From Candidatus Woesebacteria bacterium (lineage in GTDB: Bacteria; Patescibacteriota; Microgenomatia; UBA1400; MFAQ01), in contig DAOORK010000001.1 in the NCBI GenBank assembly GCA_035389185.1, forward strand, positions 193,006-257,005: a stretch of DNA of 64,000 nt, in the 5' to 3' direction. The notes below the pieces were generated by a model. The model did not search any database. It saw only the letters and a list, made by a program, of their open reading frames with translations, and was not told the DNA's origin. Shown in pieces: positions 48,571 through 56,241 of the stretch. Each line of letters starts with the position of its first letter. The first letter of the stretch is position 1. Both the position numbers and the translations under genes were made by a program.

Positions 48571-49670
48571 TTTAAAAAATACTTGTCGAGAGTTTTTAAT
48601 GTAATATTATTTGTCCATTTATTAGTAACGTTATCTCTCGCTTTTTTTCCCATGCTGTGTGAGTGAGTTAATGTTTTTTTTACCTTCTCAAGATACTCAT
48701 TTTGTGACAAGTTAACCACATAACCATTAATTCCGTTTAAGATTGTTTCTTCTGTTCCCCCCCCACGAACTGCAACAACAGGTGTCCCGCATGATTGTGA
48801 TTCTATAGAGGATAATCCAAACGGTTCTTTGTATGCAGAAATACAGGTTACCATAGCTTTTCTATATAATTCCCTAAGATCTGTGTCGGTAATATTTGAA
48901 TAGATCTCAACGTTAGGGTTAATTTTTTTTATTTTGTTGATAAAAGATTTTCTTCCTTGACCAACAAGAATTAATTTATACTTATCTAATATTGGAGTCA
49001 AAACATTTACAAGGAATTCTTGATTTTTTGTTTTATTAATTCCACCAACACATAAAATTAAATTTTCTTTTTTTTGTTTTGATGGATAGAAAAACTTTTC
49101 GTTTACTCCTGGGTATACTATCTCACATTCTTTTTTGTATATTTTTTCGAGAGTTGCCTTTGAGTATTTTGAGTTGCAAAACAATTTAGTTACATATGAA
49201 GTATTTTTTCGATCAATTAATTTGATTGGGAAACGCAAAAAAGTAGTAATTTTATCTTTTGTCCCTTCAGTGTGATATTTAATTGGTTCGTAAAATTCTC
49301 TTTGCGATTCTTGACACAAATAATATTTTTTAACTCCCTTTATGTACCTAATGAGATATGGTGATTTCGTATAATGATCGTGACTAAAAAACACAAAATC
49401 ATAATGTTTCCAATTGTATTTTTTTGACACCAATCTGTGAATTATTGGCAAAATACAAATTATCCAAAGGTTGAAAGGAAAAAAACCCTTCCAAGGTTTT
49501 ACTTTGATCCAATTCAGACTGGTTCCTCTTATTTTTAAAGGTTTATTCTCTGATATCGAATAAATATCAATGACGCATGAATATTTGTATCTATTTGCAA
49601 TATCAGTCAGCATCCGTATTGCACCACCCTTAGGTAGATTGTGAACTATTGCAATTCGTTTTTTCGTCAT
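48567..49670 (-). CDS. family 4 glycosyltransferase
   Basis: EPFGLSSIESQSCGTPVVAVRGGG. Confidence 0.8.
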   Translation of the reverse strand: MTKKRIAIVHNLPKGGAIRMLTDIANRYKYSCVIDIYSISENKPLKIRGTSLNWIKVKPWKGFFPFNLWIICILPIIHRLVSKKYNWKHYDFVFFSHDHYTKSPYLIRYIKGVKKYYLCQESQREFYEPIKYHTEGTKDKITTFLRFPIKLIDRKNTSYVTKLFCNSKYSKATLEKIYKKECEIVYPGVNEKFFYPSKQKKENLILCVGGINKTKNQEFLVNVLTPILDKYKLILVGQGRKSFINKIKKINPNVEIYSNITDTDLRELYRKAMVTCISAYKEPFGLSSIESQSCGTPVVAVRGGGTEETILNGINGYVVNLSQNEYLEKVKKTLTHSHSMGKKARDNVTNKWTNNITLKTLDKYFLK

Positions 49671-49712
49671 ATTGTTGACAATATATTATTTGTTTGTCAA
49701 TATTGTAATGTT

Positions 49713-51809
49713 ATGTTAAAAAAAATACTTTTAATAGGCTGTCTGTTTGTTTTTTATTTATCATTTGCCCCCGAGACTAACGCAATTGAAAAGGAAACAA
49801 TTGTATTTGAAGATAATTTTTATAACGGTATTGATAGCAATGTTTGGCAAGTAAATAATATTGGTGGAAATGTTACTTTTGACGATAACGGATTGAACTT
49901 GACATCTGAATCAAGTAACAATTTTCCCTTCGTGTACACAAGGAACAATTATATTCCACAAATAGGTGATTACTATATCGAGGTAAAGTATTTATTTCCT
50001 GAAATTACTGATTTCGGAATTGGTTTTGGAATTGGGAACGTTATACCTGAATATGATGTAATAGACCAAACAGTAATTGATTCTGACTTCATCCAATTTC
50101 AACTATGGCAAGGTTCGAACGATGGTCACCTTTTGCAAACTAATAGATGCCAGGAATTGGAATATTGTGATTCGTTTCGGACTACAATTTTTCAAGAATC
50201 TTCATCTTTAGTAGAACATGTATTAAAGATAGAATATCGAGGAAATGACTTTAAAATATTCAAGGATGGAATTGAATACTATGATAATTCTTTGCTATCA
50301 ATAAATAGAAGATCCACCTATTTTTGGATTGGAAATAATGTTCGTTTGAGTACACCTCATGATTGGACAGACATCAACATTAAATATATTAAAATTGTCA
50401 AAATAGAAGATATTCAGGAAGTGTATAAAACGATCGTGATCCCTGGATTGGGTGCAAGTTGGGATTTTAAGGCTCTACTAACTGGAACTGACGGGAACAG
50501 TTGGAATATTCCAGGTTTTGTGAATAACTATGATGGTCTTATTGGTTCATTCGAAAATGCGGGCTATACTGAGGCCAATCATAACCTATTCGTTTTTCCG
50601 TATGACTGGCGCAAACCATTGGCTGATATAGCCACAAAGTTAAATAGCTACATTGAAGCAAATATTCCTTCCGGTGAAAAGACTAATCTGGTTGGGCATA
50701 GTATGGGTGGTTTGGTTGCACGATCATATGCTCAAACGTATGGCACAACAAAGATTAACAAAATTATTACCATCGGATCGCCAAATATGGGTTCAGTGAA
50801 AGCATACCCCGTATGGGAAGGTGGTATGTTGATGGATGAATCATGGTGGGGAAAGACGGCTCTAGCCCTCACAACTCATTTTGGGGTGATTGTTGGAGAA
50901 TCAAATATTCAAAGCATTCAAAGACTAGTTCCTTCATTAAAAGATCTTTTACCTACTTACGACTACCTTGTTATGAATGGACAAATCGTTCCATGGGAAA
51001 CAATGAAAAGTAAGAATGATTATCTAAGAAATTTAAATCTGAATATTGAGTCAATCAATTCTCTAACAACAGCAATGTATAGCAAAGATATTTCAACTGA
51101 TGCAAAAATAAATGTTATCCCCCATCGTGTGGGTGACTTAGACACATGGGTTGATGGAAAACCAACAAAAAATCCATTTATTAAAGAAGCCGGTGATGGA
51201 ACGGTTATTGAAACAAGTGCCAAAGGTCCGTTTAGTAATTTACTTGAAGGAAATGGATGGCATGGGGAACTGGTGACAAAAGTTGACAATATTCAAAAAG
51301 TTTTTGGAGTTTTGGGTATCGATCAGTCAAAAGCAGTCTCTGGTGAGTATGACAACAGAAAGAATGCTCTTATTGTAGCTTTGAAATCCCCAGGGAGACT
51401 TGATATCTGCAATGTTGAGTTATCACTGTGCAATGACCAACTTGGTTTGTATTTTCCCGAAAATAAACTATTTATTTTTCCAGGTTATGATGGTCAAAAT
51501 TTGGTTGTAACAGTGTCTGAAGATGGTGAGCGAGGGAAATATGGTTTACATTTGGGTGATATCGATAATAAAACGACCTGGAAAGTTGTTGGTGGTGATC
51601 TAAAAAGATCGGGTCAAATTGATTCTTATGTAGTTAAAGATGCAAAAGGAAAAATATCGTTATACCCGTCACCGGCAAATGAAAATGAATGCCGAAGAGA
51701 GCGATGGAGAATATTTGAGCCACTAAGATTCAGAAATCAGGGAGAGTGTATTAAGTATGTCGAAAAAATTAGACGCCCTCACAGCAGACCTTTTTGGTGG
51801 CACAGATAA
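49713..51809 (+). CDS. secreted alpha/beta-hydrolase (lipase/esterase-like) with an N-terminal lectin/glucanase-like domain; the ORF track starts at 49641
   Basis: Signal peptide MLKKILLIGCLFVFYLSFAPETNA; lipase nucleophile elbow LVGHSMGGLVAR; TTGACA at 49672 upstream. Confidence 0.6.
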   Translation: MLKKILLIGCLFVFYLSFAPETNAIEKETIVFEDNFYNGIDSNVWQVNNIGGNVTFDDNGLNLTSESSNNFPFVYTRNNYIPQIGDYYIEVKYLFPEITDFGIGFGIGNVIPEYDVIDQTVIDSDFIQFQLWQGSNDGHLLQTNRCQELEYCDSFRTTIFQESSSLVEHVLKIEYRGNDFKIFKDGIEYYDNSLLSINRRSTYFWIGNNVRLSTPHDWTDINIKYIKIVKIEDIQEVYKTIVIPGLGASWDFKALLTGTDGNSWNIPGFVNNYDGLIGSFENAGYTEANHNLFVFPYDWRKPLADIATKLNSYIEANIPSGEKTNLVGHSMGGLVARSYAQTYGTTKINKIITIGSPNMGSVKAYPVWEGGMLMDESWWGKTALALTTHFGVIVGESNIQSIQRLVPSLKDLLPTYDYLVMNGQIVPWETMKSKNDYLRNLNLNIESINSLTTAMYSKDISTDAKINVIPHRVGDLDTWVDGKPTKNPFIKEAGDGTVIETSAKGPFSNLLEGNGWHGELVTKVDNIQKVFGVLGIDQSKAVSGEYDNRKNALIVALKSPGRLDICNVELSLCNDQLGLYFPENKLFIFPGYDGQNLVVTVSEDGERGKYGLHLGDIDNKTTWKVVGGDLKRSGQIDSYVVKDAKGKISLYPSPANENECRRERWRIFEPLRFRNQGECIKYVEKIRRPHSRPFWWHR

Positions 51810-51840
51810 GATATAGATTCCACTGGGATCTGGACTTTTG

Positions 51841-51914
51841 TGGATCTGACTGGATTCGAACCAGTGACCTCTGCAATGTGAATGCAGCGCTCTAACCAGC
51901 TGAGCTACAGATCC
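51841..51914 (-). tRNA. tRNA-Val (anticodon CAC), CCA not encoded
   Basis: Reverse complement folds: acceptor GGATCTG/CAGATCC, D arm GCTC/GAGC, anticodon stem CTGCA/TGCAG with loop TTCACAT, T arm ACTGG-TTCGAAT-CCAGT. Confidence 0.9.
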
Positions 51915-51949
51915 GACTTGATATATTATACCAACGGAATTAAACTGAA

Positions 51950-52519
51950 ATGATGAATTTCCTTCGAAAAATAGTAAAGATTATTTATGAGTTTATTGAA
52001 GCGTTTGTAATTTCCGCTTCAGTGTTTGTGGTTGTTTATCTGTTCTTGATGCAACCGCATCAAGTGAAAGGCAGTTCGATGTATCCGACATTTAAAGATA
52101 AAGAATATTTGCTGACGGATAAAATTACCTACAAAAGAAATGAACCGCGATTTGGAGATGTGATTGTTTTTAAAGCGCCAGTGAACGAAAACTTTGATTT
52201 TATAAAAAGAGTTATTGCTGTCCCTGGTGAAACTGTGATGATAAAGGATGGGCACGTATATATAAACGGAAGTCAACTAAATGAGAATTATCTATCCAGC
52301 ACCGTAGTTACAAATCCTGGACAATTTTTACAGGAGGGTGAGTCATACATGGTTCAATCTGGGGAAATAATGGCCTTTGGAGATAACCGCGAACATTCAT
52401 CCGATAGTCGAGATTGGGGTCCCATTCCCCTTTCCAATGTTGTTGGTAGAGTGTTTTTTAGATACTGGCCAACAAGTGAAGTTGGAGTAGTAACCAATAC
52501 AGCATCAGCTAAGAATTAG
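51950..52519 (+). CDS. lepB: signal peptidase I
   Basis: GSSMYPT (Ser box), KRVIAVPGE and GDNREHSSDSR boxes. Confidence 0.85.
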   Translation: MMNFLRKIVKIIYEFIEAFVISASVFVVVYLFLMQPHQVKGSSMYPTFKDKEYLLTDKITYKRNEPRFGDVIVFKAPVNENFDFIKRVIAVPGETVMIKDGHVYINGSQLNENYLSSTVVTNPGQFLQEGESYMVQSGEIMAFGDNREHSSDSRDWGPIPLSNVVGRVFFRYWPTSEVGVVTNTASAKN

Positions 52520-52537
52520 CAGACCGCCTGACAAGGT

Positions 52538-53527
52538 TTAATATTCTGGGAATTTATCCGGATTCTGGGGAACAACCGATTCATCGGAAGGAGAGCTGGC
52601 ACTATTGTCTGTAAATGGTTCAAAGGGATTTGAATAAGTTGTCGGGCTAACGGGTTCTTCGGCTGGTTTTTCAACCGGTTGAGTCGAAGACTGAGGCGTT
52701 GCTCCTTGAGGAGTGACAATAAGATCGTAAATTTTTTGTATCTGGGATTCTGTCTCTTCTGGATTTCCCTTAAGAACAATATGAATTGCTGTCTCTATTC
52801 TGGATCGACGCATTTTTACTCGAGCGTTTTCACCTATTGAGTTTTGAATCGCAGAGGCCATATTGTCGATTGATTCATTAACAGTCTTTGTGTTAAACCC
52901 GTCGGAAGGCTTGGATCTGTGCATGGTTTTTTTGAAACGACGAGAAAGTTCTTCTGCCCGTCTTACCGATCCCCCTTCACGGAGAATCATCTTGTACGCT
53001 TCGATCATCGCTTGTGTATCGGGAATGGCAGCTAAGGCTCTTGCATGACCTTCAGTAATGACTCCAGAGATTAGACCATCTTTGAGAGCGTCTGGTAGTT
53101 CAAGAAGACGCAGTGTATTACTAACGAAAGCGGGACTTTTGCCAATACGAGTACAGATATCGGAGTTGGTAAGAGTAAATTCCTTTATTAATCGTTCAAA
53201 AGAATTAGCTCTATCGATGGGGTTTAGGTCTGTTCTTTGGACATTTTCCACAATGGCCATCTCCAACATTCCCTGAGGAGAAGTTTCAATAATTCTGACA
53301 GGTACTTCTTTGAGCCCAGCAAGTTTACTGGCGCGCCAACGACGTTCACCAGCGATAATTTGATATCCAGCCGGAGTATGGGCAATAACTAGCGGTTGAA
53401 TAATACCGTGTGTCTTAATGGAATCGATAAGTTCAGAAAGAGACTCAGGAGTGATTACTCCTCTGGGTTGGAGAGGATTTGGTTGAAGATAGTCAATTGG
53501 TAGTCTTGCAACCGGTTGATCGTCCAT
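52538..53527 (-). CDS. ParB/Spo0J-like protein (ParB N-terminal domain plus HTH) with a Pro/Ser-rich C-terminus
   Basis: GIIQPLVI...IIAGERRWRASKLAG ParB box II and HTH region; its start abuts the rpmA stop. Confidence 0.8.
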   Translation of the reverse strand: MDDQPVARLPIDYLQPNPLQPRGVITPESLSELIDSIKTHGIIQPLVIAHTPAGYQIIAGERRWRASKLAGLKEVPVRIIETSPQGMLEMAIVENVQRTDLNPIDRANSFERLIKEFTLTNSDICTRIGKSPAFVSNTLRLLELPDALKDGLISGVITEGHARALAAIPDTQAMIEAYKMILREGGSVRRAEELSRRFKKTMHRSKPSDGFNTKTVNESIDNMASAIQNSIGENARVKMRRSRIETAIHIVLKGNPEETESQIQKIYDLIVTPQGATPQSSTQPVEKPAEEPVSPTTYSNPFEPFTDNSASSPSDESVVPQNPDKFPEY

Positions 53528-53779
53528 TTATTTTGTGACTACGTCTACGTATTTAACACCATTTAGCTTGCGGAATTTTACTTTTCCTTGAGCTTTGGCA
53601 TAAACGGTAAAATCGCGTCCCTTGCCAGTATTCTCACCTGGGTGTACTTTTGCACCACGTTGACGAACAATGATTTGTCCTGTTTTGATAGACTCACCGC
53701 CAAAGATTTTAACTCCAAGTCTTTTGCCGGGTCGTTGAGCGTGTTGCCTGGTTGCTCCACCAGATTTGACATGTGCCAT
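53528..53779 (-). CDS. rpmA: 50S ribosomal protein L27
   Basis: [11 protein letters not shown]...[11 protein letters not shown]...IIVRQRG. Confidence 0.9.
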   Translation of the reverse strand: MAHVKSGGATRQHAQRPGKRLGVKIFGGESIKTGQIIVRQRGAKVHPGENTGKGRDFTVYAKAQGKVKFRKLNGVKYVDVVTK

Positions 53780-53790
53780 ATTTGTTTATT

Positions 53791-54843
53791 TTATTTTTTT
53801 TGTAAGACCAATATTTCACGCTTAACGTCCGCTTCCGGACGTGAATAGAATATTCCGCGTTTCAATGGATTGTAACTTAACTTTAGCTTCCCGTCAATTA
53901 TTTCACTCGTCTTATAGACTTTGTGGCCATCATCGAACCAAGGGAAAACCATAACGATAAAACCACCAGGTTTCAAGACTTTTAGCCAGTCCTTTAAACA
54001 ACCTAAATATAATTTTTCCAACCCGGGAACAATATATCGGATTTCATCTTGGCGGAATTTGGATTTCCCCAAGAAAGGTTCTGTGACAATAGCGTCAATA
54101 TCTTTGAACTTGGTCGAAAGGTGAGTAGCGTCGAGAACCTCCAGATGTCCATCGAAGTTCATTGATTGAAGATTTTCTCTGGTGTCGGCAACCTGTTTGG
54201 CAATGATGTCAACTCCGGCAATATGATATCCAACTTCAGCAGCCTCAACCAATACCCTACCCGAACCACAAAATGGATCAAGAAGTGTTTTTCCATGAGG
54301 ATCGAGAGGTACCAGGTTAACCATACTTCTGGCGATTTTTGGGGGGAGCATTCCGGCTCGAGGATCAACGCGAGGCATGCGACGATCTTTTTTTATCCAG
54401 TGTTCAAAATTGTGAACCCAAATTGTTTTCCAAACCTGATTATTATCTGAATCGATAAAAAATTCATCAACTTTGTGTTTTTTGATGATAACCGGAGAAA
54501 GGCCAAACTCATCTTTTGCAAACTGGAAACGTCCACCCCCGAGAATATTTTTTATTTCATGATGAAGCCTGGCATTGTCTTCAATCTTACCCAAATTATT
54601 AATTGAAAAGGTCTTTTCTTTTATTTGCGACGATAGTGACTTAGCGTCGACAGTAACTTCCTCAAGAAGATAGGCCAGTTTTATACTGCACCCAAGTTTA
54701 ATTGCTATTTTTTTAGCTGAATCAGCACTATCCGTTTCAAACAGATAAGTATTGGGGGAAACGAGAGTGGCTTCCTTAATTTGGACAGAGATCTCTTCGG
54801 CCGCCAAAGTATTGTTGGCACCGACGAACAATATAAATTTCAT
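53791..54843 (-). CDS. THUMP-domain RNA methyltransferase (Trm11/RlmL-like, N2-G/N6-A class)
   Basis: DPFCGSG motif I, FxGxD-type catalytic region and an N-terminal THUMP-like region. Confidence 0.65.
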   Translation of the reverse strand: MKFILFVGANNTLAAEEISVQIKEATLVSPNTYLFETDSADSAKKIAIKLGCSIKLAYLLEEVTVDAKSLSSQIKEKTFSINNLGKIEDNARLHHEIKNILGGGRFQFAKDEFGLSPVIIKKHKVDEFFIDSDNNQVWKTIWVHNFEHWIKKDRRMPRVDPRAGMLPPKIARSMVNLVPLDPHGKTLLDPFCGSGRVLVEAAEVGYHIAGVDIIAKQVADTRENLQSMNFDGHLEVLDATHLSTKFKDIDAIVTEPFLGKSKFRQDEIRYIVPGLEKLYLGCLKDWLKVLKPGGFIVMVFPWFDDGHKVYKTSEIIDGKLKLSYNPLKRGIFYSRPEADVKREILVLQKK

Positions 54844-54849
54844 TGTTTA

Positions 54850-55176
54850 TTAAAGGTTGATCGTTTTGACAGTGAGGTAACTCTCAGACTGTCTGTGACC
54901 GATCACTTTTCTGTATCGAGACTTGGCCTTGAATTTGGCCACACGAATCTTTTCACCCTTTCCAATGTTTTCCAGAACTAGCTCGACAGATGCTTTTTCA
55001 ACATAAGGCTGGCCAATTTTTGTTTCTTTGCCATCGTGAGTCAAAAGCACCTCAGAAACAATTAGAGTGTCACCAACCTTGGTATCAATTTTTTCTGCAG
55101 TGATCTTGTCGCCTTGTTTGACCAAGAACTGTTTCCCGCCAAGTTCAATGACGGCATAAATATTTTTGTCTTCCAT
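54850..55176 (-). CDS. rplU: 50S ribosomal protein L21
   Basis: YAVIELGGKQFLVKQGDKI matches the L21 N-terminus. Confidence 0.9.
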   Translation of the reverse strand: MEDKNIYAVIELGGKQFLVKQGDKITAEKIDTKVGDTLIVSEVLLTHDGKETKIGQPYVEKASVELVLENIGKGEKIRVAKFKAKSRYRKVIGHRQSESYLTVKTINL

Positions 55177-55184
55177 GTGCGAAA

Positions 55185-56240
55185 TTATATCTCAAAGGGG
55201 GTGATTAAATCAAGCTGGCGAAGTTGCAATCCAATTAGTATTGCAAAACTAAGCAAAGAACTGCCTCCATAAGAAAATAAGGGTAAGGTAATTCCTGTCA
55301 CAGGCATAACCCCAAGATTCATTCCAACGTTCACTATGGTTTGAAAGGCAAAAATTGAAAGTATCGAGAGAGAAAGAAAGGACGATTTTGGATCTTTTAC
55401 TGTCTTCGCTATTTTTAGACATGTAGAAAAAATAATAAAATAGGCCGCGAGCAAAATGGATGCCCCAACCAAACCAAACTCTTCAGTAAAAGAAGCGAAA
55501 ATAAAATCTGTGTGTCGTTCGGGAAGAAAGTTAAGGTGTGATTGGGTACCGAGTTTGACTCCTTTTCCAAAAATTCCTCCGGATCCAACAGCAATAGTCG
55601 CTTGAATAACATTGTACCCTGCACCTTGTGGATCTTTGTATGGATTGATGAAGGTTTCTAACCTCTGTTTTTGATACGGTTTGAGAAGTTTTGACTCGAG
55701 AGGAACAAAAATTGCCACCATAACAACGGCGATGATCATCAGTCTTTTAAACTGACCGGAAAAAATTAATAAAGCTAGGGGTAGGCAGGCTAGGGTTAAG
55801 GCTGAACCAAGATCCGGCTCTAGATAAACTAAAATAACGGGCAAAAAAGAGATTGCAAGAAACTTGAGTAAGTCAGACCATTTTTTTAATTTATTTTGTG
55901 AGAGATATGCCGAGTAATAAATTGCCAAAAGCGGTTTGATTATTTCTGACGTTTGAAGATTAAACAGGCCGAGATCAATCCAGCGAACTGAACCGCGAAT
56001 ATTTCGACCAACCAAAAAGGTAAGAATGATCAAAAAAATACTGATCACATAGAGAATACTCGAAATACTAAATAGGGTTCTCGTGTCGAATCGTGATAAA
56101 AGCAAAACAATAATTACTCCGGCAATAGAGAATTCTAGCTGAGTTAAGAATAAGTCTGGAGCTGTGCTCCATACAGTGATAAGGCCAAGAATTAATATTA
56201 GAAGTATCGAACCGATAAATAAGCCTTTGTTAGGACGCAT
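55185..56240 (-). CDS. ftsW: SEDS-family peptidoglycan glycosyltransferase (FtsW/RodA)
   Basis: 10 TM, conserved FTEEFG...GGSS motifs. Confidence 0.85.
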   Translation of the reverse strand: MRPNKGLFIGSILLILILGLITVWSTAPDLFLTQLEFSIAGVIIVLLLSRFDTRTLFSISSILYVISIFLIILTFLVGRNIRGSVRWIDLGLFNLQTSEIIKPLLAIYYSAYLSQNKLKKWSDLLKFLAISFLPVILVYLEPDLGSALTLACLPLALLIFSGQFKRLMIIAVVMVAIFVPLESKLLKPYQKQRLETFINPYKDPQGAGYNVIQATIAVGSGGIFGKGVKLGTQSHLNFLPERHTDFIFASFTEEFGLVGASILLAAYFIIFSTCLKIAKTVKDPKSSFLSLSILSIFAFQTIVNVGMNLGVMPVTGITLPLFSYGGSSLLSFAILIGLQLRQLDLITPFEI

Positions 56241-56241
56241 A

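Noticed and set aside
49672-49708. TTGACA and TTGTCAATATTGTAAT elements upstream of the lipase-like gene.
   Set aside because: Spacing to any acceptable -10 is ambiguous (14-19 nt with weak hexamers), so I did not call a promoter.
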